Assembly (NCBI GenBank): GCA_965178125.1
Contig: OZ237751.1
Location: 496,001-560,000 of the forward strand
From: Bilabrum cf. latius
Lineage: Eukaryota
Direction: 5' to 3'
Length of the DNA: 64,000 nt
Each line of letters begins with the position of its first letter. Position 1 is the stretch's first letter. This document shows, piece by piece, positions 38,001 to 51,800 of the stretch. A program made the position numbers and the translations under genes. Below the pieces are notes generated by a model. The model was given only the letters and a program-made list of their open reading frames with translations. It did no database searches and had not been told where the DNA came from.

Positions 38001-41000
38001 GACGGGACCGAGACAGACCCTGAGGAGGACGAGGAGGAAATGGCGCGTGCCAGAGCGGACGATCATGCGAAGCGGGTAGCACGAGGCCTCATCCGGCTGG
38101 TGTCCAGCGCCGACGAGGACGAGAAGGCATCGATCGAGGAGATCTTGCAGGACCTGGGAAGGAAGGGGAACCTGAGGGCAGCGCCGCTCCGTATGCTATG
38201 GGAAGCGGCTGTAGGTGGTGCCAAGGCACTGAGCTATGCGGCTCAGGTCGACGCCGATCTCCACGACGTGATCGCAGACGCGTGGTATGAGGCGGTACAC
38301 CCCGCCGAGAAGGACGAGGACGAAGGGACTGCTGCTGCGGAGGGCGGTGAGGAAGAGCGGCCGCCCACACATGAGGAACTGCTTGCAGAGGCAAAGCGGC
38401 TGCGGCCAATCGCCGCGCAGGCGAGGCGCGTCTGCGCCAGGCGGCTGCCCAGCGCCAGGGCCTCCTTGGCGCTGCTGTCCATGGTCGCGGGTGCGCTTCC
38501 AGCGGCTGTGGACGGGGCAGGGGGTCTCGCGAGGCTGACCATCGTCATGGCTGCCAACACCGAGGCGGCCGCGTCTGCCCGTCGCGCAAATTCGGCGCGT
38601 GCGGAGATCCTCGCCACGAGCAGGGAGGCCGGGGTTGACGCGTCGGAGGGAAGCGACGCGATGCCGGTGCTGCCCAGGGGCGGCCCTGTCGGCCCTGACC
38701 TCAACATGCTGCAGTGGGCATGCGCCGCCCTTCTGCAGTACAGGCCAGCCAACGGAGACAAGCCCGGGGCCGCGCAAGCCGTCTCGGCCGCGTTCCCGCA
38801 GAAACTCCGCGGCGGCGTGACAGACAGCGCAGGCTGGGGCGGGGACGGCAGCGACGGCGCGCCCTCTTGGGGTACTGTGAGAGAGGCGCGCCGAAAGGCC
38901 GGCGAGGTTCTCTGCAGGCACCTTGCTGGCCTGCTGGTGGGCGAGCTCGAGGAACAGGAGGGCGGCATGGTGCAGGAGAGGAAGGAGTGGCACCCCGCTG
39001 CGCAGATGGCCGTGGCTGCCCTCTTCAGCCTGCACGCCAGGCCGGAGCGCCTGTGCGCTTCCATCCTGCGGCGCATGCTGAGGGACGTCTTCGAGGCTCC
39101 CAGCCCTGACGGATCCGGCGGAATCACGCTGCGTGAGACGGTCAGCCCGTCAGCTCTGGGTCGTCTGTTCTTCGTGCTTGGCGAGGTGTCGGTGCGCACG
39201 TGCATCCACGCCGAGGAGCTCGCCAGGGCCCTGAAGCGAGCCAGGTCGAAGCGCGGGGACGTGAAGGAGCGCATCCAGGAGAGGATCCGCCTGGTGGAGC
39301 TGGGCGAGGTCAAGCTGAGCGGGGCAGTCAACGGGCCTGCCAAGTCGTCCGGAGGCAGGGGCAAGGGCAAGAAGGGCAGGGGCAAGAAAGCAGGCGCATC
39401 TGCCGATGCCTCCGGGTCGGGGTCCGGACCAGACGCGGCCGCCGTGCTGGAAGACCCGCTTTGGTCCGACACCGGGAAATGGAGCCAGGCCGAAAAGGCT
39501 CTGGATGAGGAGGAGCCCATCGTGCCCGACCCCGACGAGTGCGCCCAGCAGCTCGCCGACCTTGAGATGGCCACCAGGGGCATCGCGAAGGCGATGGGAC
39601 CGCTGCTGCAGAGGGTCGCCACCGATGCCAAGGGCGTCTACGGGGCCGCGCTGGGCGCCGCGCAGGGCAGCGGAACCGGGTCCAGCGACGACTCGTCCAT
39701 CGCAGCCAGGCCGACCTCGCCGCTGCACCGGCAGTCCGTGCTGTGCATTTGCAAGCTGGCAGCCGTTTCGGCACCCTTCTGCCGCACCAACCTACCCATC
39801 ATATTCACGGTGCTGGCTCGCACGTCAGACCCGGACCTGCGCGCCTCCATGGCCGTGAGTGCTGCCGATCTGTGCTTCCGGCACCCCAACCTGCTCGAGC
39901 CCTGGACCCCGCACCTGTACGCTATCCTTCGAGACCCGTCGGCCCGGGCCAGGCGGCACGCGCTCATGGCTCTGTCGCACCTCATCCTCAACGACATGAT
40001 CCGTGTCAAGGGACAGGTGGCCGAAGTGGCGGCCTGCCTATGCGACCAGGACGACGACGTGGCAGCCATGGCCAGGCTCTTCTTCACTGAGCTGTCCAAA
40101 CGAGGGCAGCGCTCGCCAGTCTACAACCTCATGCCCGATATCCTGTCCTGCCTCTCGGCCCATCCGGGCGTGGACGGGGCCGCATTCCGGCAAATCATGC
40201 GGTTCCTGCTGGGCTTTATCAAGCTAGACAGGCAGGTGGAAGCGCTCGCCGAGAAGCTGGCGCGCAGGTTTGAGACCGCCAAGCCGGGCGCAGAAGGTGC
40301 CGTGTCCCTGTGGCGGGACCTGGCCTTCTGCCTCGCGCAGCTGGAGCACGGGCCCAAGACCGCGAAGAGGCTCTCAGACACGTTTGCCTGCTACGCGCCC
40401 GCGCTTGTGGATCCTCAGGTAAGGAGCAGCTTTGAGGCGGTGGCACAGAAGGTGGCCAAAGCGGCGGGTGCGGACCTTGCCGCCATCGCGCAGGAGGCCG
40501 AGGAGGAGATGGGCAGCGGGGCGGGTTCGGCCGCCGGCGGAGACAAGACGAAAACCAAGGGTAAGGGCAAGCGAGGCGGTGGGCGAGCAGGGGATGCGGC
40601 TGCTGCGGGAGGGACCACGGGAGGCGGCAAATCTGCCTCTGAAATCTTAGTCGAGGAGTGGCTGGGTAAGCTGTCTAGGGAGCTGCTGCGCGCTGCTGAG
40701 GCTGCAGCCGTGGGCGACAAAGCGGCCGCCGTGACGGGCCTGGCCCGTCGATTGGCGGGCAAGCCCTTGCCCAAGGGAAAGTCTCGGTCTTTCGGTGCGG
40801 CGTCGTCCAGTCGACTCGGAGTAGCCGCTGACGCCGATGGCGGCGGTGACGTCGATGCAGGCAAAGTCAAGGGCAAGGGGAAGCGGACCAGCCGGCGCAA
40901 GCGGGGTGTAGTACCCGCCGAAAGTGATGATGATGATGGTGAGGACGAAGACGCGTTCGGCATGGTGAGCGATGACGATGAAAAGACGAGCCGAGGGAAG

Positions 41001-41096
41001 AAGTCGGCTGGTGGCAAAGCCAAGAAGGCAACCGGGCGAAGGGGCGGGGTCAGAAAATCCAGTCGCCGCGGGGCGGCTGCTGTTGAGGGCGTTTAA
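35072..41096 (+). CDS. NCAPD2: Condensin I HEAT subunit CAP-D2/Cnd1, ~1948 aa; predicted introns 35187-35276 and 35353-35440
   Basis: N-terminal MEFKVPL..DDL, then ERVMDSHAFTRS, RLLDKASIVRRSA and the Cnd1 C-terminal block DLCFRHPNLLEPWTPHLY...LSHLILNDMIRVKG...LFFTELSKR..VYNLMPDILS. Both introns are GT-AG, the second with a CTAAC branch motif. Stop is TAA 41094-41096. Confidence 0.92.
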
Positions 41097-41271
41097 TTTT
41101 AGTCGAATGATTTGTTTGCGGCTTGAGGCGGCACTTTCATTCATAGTAAGTCTGTGCCACCTTCCAGGTTGAGCGAACATCAAGCGACTCCAGCAACGAA
41201 CGTTCTGCCCCGCTTTCACAAAGCTTTCATTTTCAGAAATTGTGGCGTAGTATCATCAAATTCCTTGGAAG

Positions 41272-44200
41272 ATGGCGTAGAACGATGCAAGTTAGCCACA
41301 CGCGGCGCGGCCTGGGTAGCCTGCTCCTGGGACGCGACCGCAACTCATGCTAGAGTCGCCCGGCGATTTATTCCAAGGGCTGCAGGTGCCACGTCCAGCT
41401 GTGCCGCCCTCTATGGCCGAGGATCGCTTCATCCAATTCATGGATTTGCTGTGTAGGGCCCACAATCTGCTTGAATAGGGAAGACAAGATGCCATCCGAA
41501 CGCTACAGCCAGATCCCCGCGTATCGGCACCAGTTGGCCTGTGGATACGTGTTGATAGACGAGACGAGAGAGATCTTCGAGCAGTTGGTGGATCTCTGAA
41601 TATCCCTACAGCTTTGGCGTCCAGATGGACTCGATAGTTACTCTTTTCGGGGCTCGACCATATCAAGCCGAAGGTAGACATCGATAGTACTTCGTTGAGG
41701 TTGACCATAATCGCAAAGCTGGCTATACCAGCCGGCTGGACACCGCCTCCACCGGCACCAATGCCTCATCCGGGCGTGTTGAGGACCTGGCCGGCAACGA
41801 GCAATGGCGATACTGTGCTCGTACGCGCCCAGTGGCCTACTAGCTTCGCACGCTACCATACTGTGTTCCGAATTTACATCATAGATTCAAAGCACCTGGG
41901 CCGCCTCGAATCGATGGACACGTCAGACCCAGTGGACGCAGCTGGTCCAGCAGCCGCAGCTGCAGGGCCGGGAGCAGTGCAGGGTGGCCGGAAAAGGCGC
42001 AAGCGTGGAGGCGGAGGCAAGTCCAAGGGGGCTCAGCAGGCTGCATCCAAGAGCGGGGCAGCGCCCAGCGATGCCTCGAGCTCGTCGTCGATCATATCTA
42101 GCATGGGAGCAGCGGCAGACGGAAGCGACGCAGACACGCTTCGTATCTGCTCGGCGTTCAGGGGACTAGACAGGGGGGACCGGCTTCGCAAGATGGATCG
42201 CCTGTGGGCCCGGCTGGTCTCTCTAGCTTCTGACTCTGATGCAACGGATGCGAAAATTGTAGAGCAGCAATAGAAACAGGTAGACAAGGGCCCGTTCGAT
42301 GTCGCGGTGTCATCCACAATCACTGGTTCCAGGAGCCTCCCGTGCGGGTCGCGCGTGTCTGTTCTGGCATTCGGGGCGGTGTTGAACGCTGCGAGAATGA
42401 GAAACTAGAAGCAGTCTGCCGAATGGATGAAATCTGTCGCAACTGCAGACGAGAGCGGTCCTAGTAGCGGGGCAGGTGGACCGTCAGGCGCGGGTACGCG
42501 TGACGCAGGCGCTTCCACTGAACAGGCGCTCGTGGGGGACCTGAAACCAGGGTGGTTTGACGCGTTCTGCTTCTGCGTGGAAGAGATCAATCTTCCTTCT
42601 GGGAGACCTGCACGACCACCTGCAATCCAGGTGCATCATATTGAAAAGCGTTTGGACCCCACTGTAGACCCTGATGAGGCCGGCGGTGGCGGCACAGGCA
42701 CGCGGCCAGCGGAAGACATTCAGCACGTGCACATGTTCGCCTGGAGGATGGCTGGTCGCCCTCCGTGGCATCCTGACTAGCAACTGGTAGGTCCTGGAGT
42801 AGCACCCTAGACAAGTGATCCTTTGCCCTTGACGAACGTTTCCGTCGTTCTCTCAGTCCCGGATGGACGAGGTGCAGCAGTGCAAGAGATCGAGGTGCAG
42901 AGCGCTAAGCCTGGGGCGAACGACGACTCGGCATTCCATACGGTACTCAACACAGATATAGACAGTGCATCGAGACGACAGTTTCAACTAAGTTTGCATG
43001 TCAGCACTGGGTAGTCCTGCTCCTTGCGCTACCGAACAAGGAATGCAAACGGCTGGTCCCAGTGGAGCCCGCCGGGCCTGCTGCAGCCGCCCCGGCGACC
43101 ACCCAGTCCACCAGCAGCTCCAATCATCAGGGCTGCGCGCCATGATGGAATCGAGCTTCTTATTAAGTCGCAAGAAGGCGCATTGAGCGCGGAAGACTGT
43201 GCCGAACCAACAGGATGCAGCGCATTTGTCACTGCTGCGGAGCGACTCTCAGTGTCTGCCGCTCGTGCCCGGTTGGGACTCGGACCAGACGTATTTGACG
43301 CGGATGTACGCGCGCGCGTTCAGATGATTGGTGGAGTGCTCGGTGACAGCGGGTTTGCTTGGGTCCCCTCTGGTGAAAGCCGTGCCGCGCCTGCCGATGA
43401 CATCTCTAAGACCTGCGCAGTGGAGCAAGAGGTCTTGAGTACTTCAGCTGCGTTGGGCGGATGGACGTGCTTTCACACGGGAAGCAGCCTGATAGCGAAG
43501 CTATCATAGTCTACCAAAGGGCAAGTAGGAGCAGTGGCAGCTGGTTCGGGACACGAATCCAAGACTGGCATGGACGCATCGTCGTTTTCGTTTCAGCCAG
43601 AGCAGCACCTGCTAGTCAGGACGGTGCTGCTCAGCGATGCTGGGGAATCTGACCTCGGTCTGTCGTGTCTGGTGCGAGTCCCTGCTGCTCCTCCATCAGC
43701 TCCTCTGCGGCTGAGGCACAAAGAAATCAGCCCAGGCACGTAGCGCTCTACGACTGGCAAGCCAGTCAAGCTCAAGGGCTCGCCAAGCGTTCGCCTCGAG
43801 TGGGATGCTCCTATCAACGATGGTAACACTAAGTCTCCGTTGTTGTACGCTGTCCAGGTACAGTTTGATGACATGGACAGCATGCCTAGAGCACAGCGGG
43901 CAGGCCTTGCTACCGGAGCCGCCACTGGTCACACTGACCCGGGAAAGCGAGAGCAGCAGCACGACACAAGATCCACAGAGCTGGACCTGAAAGGCCTTTC
44001 GTCGGGGATTGCCGTTCGATTTCGTGTAAGAGCTCGGTCTCACGCCGCTACAGGAGCGTGGTCTGAGTGGCGGGACTTTAGGGTCTCTTCGAGGCCTCCA
44101 GACCCAGTAAGGTCTATAAAAGCGACGGCGCTTCGGGACGGGGGTGTCACCTTGGAATGGTCCGCACCCAAGGAGCACGGCACGCCAGTGACTGCTTACT

Positions 44201-47200
44201 TCATCCAGATGAGATGCCTGGATTTGCACCGCGAGGGCACGGACGATGAGGCTGGGACTGTGTTGCCTCGCGTGGCGACCCGAGTTGAGGAAGCTTCCCT
44301 GTCTGCGGGTGCAAACCCGACGCTCTTGCTTCGCGATGACGATCACCTCGATTCGATCGCAAGGGAGTGTGGCGTAGATCCGTCTGCTCGTTCTAGGTTG
44401 CGAGAGATCGCCCTCGAAAGGGCCCTTGACAGTGCGACTGGAGCTTCTCCCGCTCACCCGCCAATGGGACTGCTTGAGGACTGGGTTTAGCGATAGGCTC
44501 GACTCGAAGATGCTGGGGCGAGATCCGCCCACAGCAAGACAGATGCCGTGCCAGTCCCAGTATTGTTGGCTGGCGACGTTGCATTTGCTGGGAAGGTCGG
44601 TAACCGAGGCGCGGGGTCAGCTGCAGGTGATGGGGCCGTGCGTAGTTCCAAAGGCAGCCAGCAATCTAGAAGTTCTGCTGACTGGCATGAGGGCCAGCCA
44701 TGCGAAGCAGTCTTTGAGGAGGACGGTCTGTGGTACGCTGGTACGATCACGTCAGTGCTCATTGGAAGGGATAGTGACGATCCGGGCAAGATCGAGTACG
44801 AGGTGAGGTACAATGGCTACGGAAATTCCACGATAGTGACGCAGATTTCACTGCGCAACAGGCTTCGCCCGGGTACTCGGTGCGAGGTCATTGATGTCCA
44901 AAGTGGGGAATGGGTGCACAGCTCTGTAGATGAAGTCACCGAGACAGGATACATCGTTGCGCTGAAGTCAGCAACGGCTGCAACACCGAGAGATCCTGAA
45001 GGGATAGTTGAAATACCTGCTGCACTGTTGCGGGCATCTGAGGATCAATCTACTTCCGCTGGTGCAAGCTCACAATTAAGCAATCGCCCTGATGATTCGA
45101 GCCTCGCCGGGTCCATTTTGGATGCCGTGCGCAGAAGCAGTCGGTCTGGGGGTGTCCTGGCATTCGCCCCACTCGATCAGAAGCGGCTCGTCAGAGGTCA
45201 CGACCCTTCTGCGATCAAGAACGTGATCGACGACTGGTGCCAGTCTCAGTTTCGGGACCGTGGCGGGGACGGGTAGCGCGGTGGCAAGCAGAGCAGGGGG
45301 CGGCTGGGCGGCAAGTCTGGTGGAATCGGCCGTCTAAATGCAGCAGGCCTAATTGAAACGATCCGCACCCTGTCCAATGCGGACCGGCGCGGCGCTGCTA
45401 ACCGGACGAAAGGAAGTACGCGGAAGCGTGACCGACCGTGGCTGACGATTGCGTCACTCTCAGCCGAGCGCGCACACGGTGGCTGCAGCGGGGCAGCTGA
45501 CAGTGATTCTAGACGCATCCACTTGTCCCATGAAGGCTTCCGAAAACGCGCAGCCGGGCTGGTTGTGTACTCCCCCGGGGACATGTGCGAGCCAATGGAC
45601 TAGCTACAGCGGGAATGCGTCCATGCAACTGCAGCTGCATCAGACCGCAATCGTGCAGCATCTTTGTCACTTGTGTCTATCCTCTCAGAGGGCAGGCGGT
45701 ATGAGTTCAAGGTGGTTGCAGTGTCGCGCGGGAATATAGAAGGGCTGGATGCAGCGGCCAATGAGGGCTCAGTTACGATGCTTCGGGCGAGACCTAGGCA
45801 TCCCAGCTCACCGCCCTCGCCTGTCCCCGCGTGGGTTGGAAGTAGCGCAGCAAAGCTTGTGGCAAGGCTACCCCAGGATTGCGGAGGGTCTGAGCCCCTG
45901 GAGCTTGTTGCAGAGATCGCCAGCGGCAAAGGCTCACAAGAAGAAGATGGCGCTGGACTGGAGGGAGGGTGCGTCACATTTTCGAAGGCTAGTAGTGCAT
46001 CATTGGTTGGATCTACCGCAACAGAGAAGTCTGCTGATATTCGAATGGAACACTTGCAGCCCAGTAGCTTGTACTGGGTACGTGTTCGAGTTCGCACGAG
46101 AGTCGGCACGGGACCAGCATCGGTTCCAATTGCATTCAAGACGCGACCGGCCCCACCAAGCGGAGAAGTGATGTCTCTGTCGTACTCTACACTGCGTCAG
46201 GAACTCATGCACGCATCTGGTGGAGATCTTCACGTTTCTGAACATGATATTTAGACGTATCAGGTCCCTGCTCTGCTCGCTCCCCTGGTCGATAAGCTTG
46301 AAACGACCATCCGACTCGCCCTCAACGGGACAGGCCCACGTCTTGATGTGGCTCGTGGCCAGCTATTGTCTTGGGCGGGCTTAATGGATAAGAAAGGTGA
46401 ATCGCTCGAAAAGCGTATCGCTGCAGCAGAGCTCTTGCGCTCTTTTGTGGATTCCGCTAAACACCTTGACGATAGAGCCACCAGTGCTGGCGAGCCCACT
46501 GGCATGCGCAGTCCCTCGCTGGGTGTGGTCCGCTGGAAACCATGCAGTGGCTGCTTACAGGGGGCAAGAGTATCAGGATACGAGGTCGAAGTCAAGATGG
46601 TTCAAAGTGAATCGCTATCTGGGCGCTCAAACAGCCCCACAGCAGGTGCGGCGCAAGCGCCAAAAGCCGGGCAGGCGTCTCGAGAGTGTCTGGGTTTGTG
46701 TGTCACAAGTCTGCTACGCCCTAGCCAAGATAGAATCGTAGTAGACGTGGGGCCCATTCCAGGTCTGTACCTAGCGGGACTTCGCCCGGGTGATCGTGCG
46801 TCTGTGCGTGTGCGGCCATAGTCGAGTGCTGGCACCGGGCCGTGGTCAAGTGAACTCACAGTTGCTGCACCGGTCGTGCCAGCGTCATCACCACAGAGCA
46901 TCTCTGCACTTCTAGAATCCCCCTCTGTGGTACGCATCGTACTGTCGTAGCCACGGCATACAGGTGGGGGTACCGTGGCGTACTTCCTAGTGGAACTCCG
47001 GGACAAAGAGGCTCAGCCAGATAGTGATATCACCGCGCTTATTGGTGCTCACGATCATCTATGCAGCGGTTCCCTGGACGCTAGACGACTGCAGACATCC
47101 GGCGGCGAACTGGAAATGACTGATAGCTCTCACGGCTGTAGATTTGCGGTTCTGCCGAATAAACCGGACTGCTTGCAAAGGGGGATATCATTCATGCATT

Positions 47201-48456
47201 TGGCACCGCAGGCCAATTTCACTGTCAGAGCCGCTGCCGTCAACGAGGCTGGGCTCGGCCCGAGCTCCGAATGGTCGTCGTTTGCTACAGAGGCCGTTCC
47301 GTCTTTGCCCCCTGGATAGCCAGGACAGCCAAAGATGGCGAGTTGGAGGCAGATTGCTGGCGCGTCGCTCAGTGTCGCTAGAGGACGAGCCCAGCAAGGC
47401 AGCCACACTGCGAGGCTGTTGCATCCTAAATCTGGACCGCCGTCAGAATGCCTCTGCGTGAAATGGACTGCAGCAGAGCCCCATGGTCAGCCAGTGGCTC
47501 GCTATGAAGTACACGCCACGATTGTTGCCGTAGGCTTGCACCTCGTGAGCTGCAAATTGGATGCGGTCGCAAGTGGCCGGTCGGCAACTGGCCATGATGC
47601 AAGCCGAAAGCACGACAAGAAGTCGCGCGATTCGCAGTCTGAGTCGTCGATGCCCCGCAAAAAGCATCTTATGAACTTGGACGATCCTGCCGTTTCAGAC
47701 GCTTCACTGGGTGCATCGCCTCTATTGGCTGACTCAGGCCTGTCTGCAGAGGGCATCTGGGCTCTTCTTGAGGGCGGTGGCTTGCAAGCAGTCGACGTGT
47801 GCAGTAGCGCAATGGATAAGCTTGATGTGAATCCAGCTCTTGAAGTAGATCACGTGAAGTTGTCTGCTGCGCACATAGGAGATGTTGCTGCTGCAGAGGG
47901 CTGCTTGCCCTTACATGCTGGTGTTGGCAGTAGCTTCGTATTGTGGCAGGGCGGGGCATGCGAACTAGTGCTGAGAGGGATTCCAGCGTTAAGACGGCTT
48001 GGTGCGTCCAGCATCGCTTTACACGTAGCTGCAGTCGGGGTGGATGGTCAACGGTCGCAGCTGAGCCAACACTGGATAGCTGACCTTTGCAACAAGCAAG
48101 TGCTAGCCTGCCCAGCCGGACACGTGGGACGGGAGGAGGACTATGCCGCTGATGCTGCTGAGGACGGCCCGCTTGGAATCAGGAAAAGAGGTCAAAGCAA
48201 TTCGAATCGGGCAAGTGCAACTGAGCCGAATACAATGTCAGCTCTAGAGCGAAAATAGCGACTTGAATAGGATTTGCGGTTGGCAGAGCAACAGAAGCGC
48301 GATGCGCAAGCCAAGAGGCAGGCAGAGCTACAGGAGGCAAGGTAGTCGCGTTTGTCAAAGCAAGAGAAGAGCTCAATCGATTGGCCACTGGTAGTGGTGT
48401 GCGCAGCAGTATTGCTCGTCATCGTTGGGTCGTTGGTGGCAATCATGCCTGCCTGA
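41272..48456 (+). CDS. Large multi-fibronectin type III protein with a Tudor domain and C-terminal transmembrane anchor, ~2394 aa
   Basis: One frame from ATG 41272 to TGA 48454-48456 with only TAG interruptions. Repeated FN3 signatures (LEWDAPINDG..Y.V, FRVRARS..G.WSEW, TVRAAAVNEAGLGPSS), a Tudor-like segment CEAVFEEDGLWYAGTI...YEVRYNGYGN (~44690-44840), and a terminal hydrophobic WPLVVVCAAVLLVIVGSLVAIM. Confidence 0.8.
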
Positions 48457-48860
48457 CTCATCGGATTCATCCAGAGTGTCCGGTGTGCATGCAACAATCG
48501 ACTCGCCCATGCCTGATTGCCGATGCTGCGACATGTATTTTTTATATTTTCAGATCACAGCGCTTCTGAGATGCATCGCTGGGATCCATCACCCGAGCGC
48601 GAGGCTACTGCAGCAAGAACTCACAAGAGCTGTCTCTCAGCCTAGCTCACCCACCTCATCCTTCCCTGTCTGGCGCTTGCACCCCTCTTCCCCTATTCGG
48701 ACCGCCAATCTTGCTCGTGCCTCACCGACCCTGCCCGACCGCTCGTTCGCACCTCAAATGTGCTGCACCGAGCGCAAAAAATACTCTCAGAGACCGTGTT
48801 GGCCCTACCATCGATGCCAGCAACCGTAAGCATTGCGCCTAATGACAATCTACACCATAA

Positions 48861-51800
48861 TTAGCTTGGTGCAGTAATGCAAATCTCTGCCAATGATGCC
48901 AAACAAACCAGTATACCGCCCACCCAGACGACTCCTACCGCCTACGCACGTTGCCAAGCATACACCGCGGGCGATGCACTGAGCAGATCCTCGCCTACAC
49001 CTGCGTAGCACAGTCCGAAGCCATTCGGATCACTCGCAAACGTGCAAGCACCAGCAAGCCCTAATGCAACGAGAACGACACAATCTTCAGCAAGTATAAT
49101 TGGCACAGACTGCTGAAGAAACAATGTCCAAGCAACAGCAAGGCCGCGAGTTCGCAGTTTCGTGAAACCGTCCTATATCGAGTCGCGGGCGGCGTGCTGC
49201 TCGCTCGGAGCGACACGGGATCCTGTCTCCCCTCGAGGAACAGGTGGTACGCGTGGCTCGCTAGAACCCATAGGTAGCATGGCCGATTGACTCGCCTGAG
49301 CCCCAGCGTTCAAGCCAAGCAAACTAGCCCGCACTGGGCTACTGGAATTCCCCGAGCTAACAGCACAGGAGCCACAGTGGCTACTGTCACCATCTAATTC
49401 GCAGAGATGCAGATTCTCTACCAGGAGCCATGGATGTAAATCAAATCCCAGTACTGCAACTACGCGCAAAAAAGCAAACACAGAGGGCGAAAACATCGCA
49501 GCCCGCTATATCCTGACACGGAACCACTCCGATTCTTCGCTCTCGGTCGCACATTCGCTGATTGGCGCAGCTATTCTGGCTCCGTCATGCTGAGCATCGA
49601 CTTTCATGTCGTATTCAATCCGCTCAAACTCAAGTTCTATCCCGAGAATGTCGCCCCTCGGCTGTGAATTCGACATCGAGTCGGTCTACCACACGACATT
49701 CTCGTCGTCAACCTCCTCCTGGGCATCTTGGCTCGAGACAAGAAACGAACCAAAGCCAAACACGAGATGAACGCAAAGCCGTACCAGACCTGCTACTACT
49801 AGACCAAGTATGATGGACCAAGAAGAAGCAAGGAGCTTGGCTCTAAAGAGAGCCTGTGCGAGCGTCCACAACAGCGCCACGCGGCACAACGAATGTAACG
49901 ACCGACACACGATCCCAGCGTCAGATAGCAGCGACAGACGCACACGACCACCCAAGCAGCCCTCGCGCACATACACACTCAGCAGCCACACTCCCACTGA
50001 CACATACATACTCACACACACCAACTGAGCCCATGTGCCGCCCCGAGACATCCACTCAGACCAGGACAACTCGCAGTCTACTGCATACGACACACCGGCA
50101 TACCCCAAGCAAGGCAGCTCCACACGACATGACACGCTCGACGAGTCCACAGCCAGCAGCCACGTGCCTGCCAGAGCGCCCGCTCGATCCCCGCGCAGCA
50201 CATGCAACGCGCGGTCGCACACAGACCCAGCTGACATGGAACGCAGATGTACCAGTCCAGGCACTTGCGTGGCGAATTCGAATGCACTCGCTCCAATGCC
50301 CACATGTACACGCACGCGCATCCACAGCTGCGACGCATTTAGCGATGCGCCTGGGGGAGCTGGCACGGCTGGTGATGTCTCCACATCCACCACACGCACC
50401 TCCCAGGAACGCACCACATCGCCCTCCCCTTCGCCCGCCAGGTCCTTCAGGTCGTCCAGCACATCGGCCTCCAGCCACCGCAGCTGATCTACAGACGGCG
50501 ATGGGTAGTCCAGCCCGGGCGCCTGGCCAGCGAAGTCATCGCCCCACGACTGAGCCGCGGGCCACCGGTTCCGGTCGAACACCAGGTCGAATACCAGCCA
50601 GCCCCGGCTCGACATCGACCGACGCGCCCACCCATCCCGGTACCGGCCCGGCCGAGGCAGCCAGTCGCCCCGTGCCGGCCCGTCCCTCACACACTGCAGA
50701 CCAGGCACCACGTCCCTGTACCCACTCTCGTTGCTGTACGATGGCCCCGATGCACTGCCATGCATCATGCGCAGCTCCCCGCGCGCAGGCGCATACCCAA
50801 GCCGACCCACATCGTACAGCTCCCCATCCGCCGCCAGCGACGGGAAGCCCAGCCAGTACGAGTACCACACTCGCGTGATGCTGCTGGCCATCGACCAGCC
50901 AGAGCCAGGGCCTGCCCCTCCTGATGCCAGCCGGGCCTCCACGCCTGCATCCACAGGGATGTGATCCGGGTCATCGCACACGGCCATCACGGCGGCTCGG
51001 CCCTGGAAGTACCCGTACACGTTGGTCCTGTATGGCGTCCATTGCCCGTTGGTGATGTTGGGCAGAGTGTGATTGGGGAAGGGCGGGTATGCCCTGGCGG
51101 TGACGACGCCTCTGTATGTGGCGATGGGACCGACAGCAAGGCCCTTGTCTGCCGCCGTAGCCGTGCATTTGGTCGGACCTTGTCTTGGTGCTTGGCGCTG
51201 CTGACTGTCGACGATATTGGTCCGATTCCGTGGCACATAGCGGCCTCTTCGAGCCGGGCGGTACTTGCCATCAAAAGCCAAAAATGGCTGCATTTGTCCC
51301 CCGATCATGGTAGCCATACCGTTCTGGCCAGCCGGCATGTCGATCGGAACCAAGGAGCTCCTGTACCGACTGAAGTCCACGTCGTACGACAGAGCGCATC
51401 CGATGCGAGCTGTAGGGAACAGACTAGTCACGGCATCGCTGCTGGCATAGTCACTCAGCAGCTGCTGCATGCGCGGGTCCTGTCGGTCGGTGATGTTGCC
51501 CGTATCGGGGGCACATGACCTGGAAGCAACACAGGACACGTCATCGAGCAGAACCACACCGATTGATTGGGTACTGTATGCAAGTTGGCCACATAACAAG
51601 TCTAATTTGGGACTCTCCGCCGCCCTTGCACTATGGGCTTTTGTAAATGTGCTTGCATTGACTGGTGCCAGGGTCGATCCCGGCGTGTCCAGCATCATAG
51701 CCACCACGTGCCCACGGTTCACGCGCCAGGCGTAGTCTGCTGTCTCCCCACGGATCGTCGCATCTGCATCGTACGGCAGCACGGCAATGGTGCCTGGGGG

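Noticed and set aside
35621-41219. Numerous long antisense and alternate-frame ORFs over CAP-D2 and the other genes
   Set aside because: These are the expected shadow ORFs of GC-rich coding sequence.
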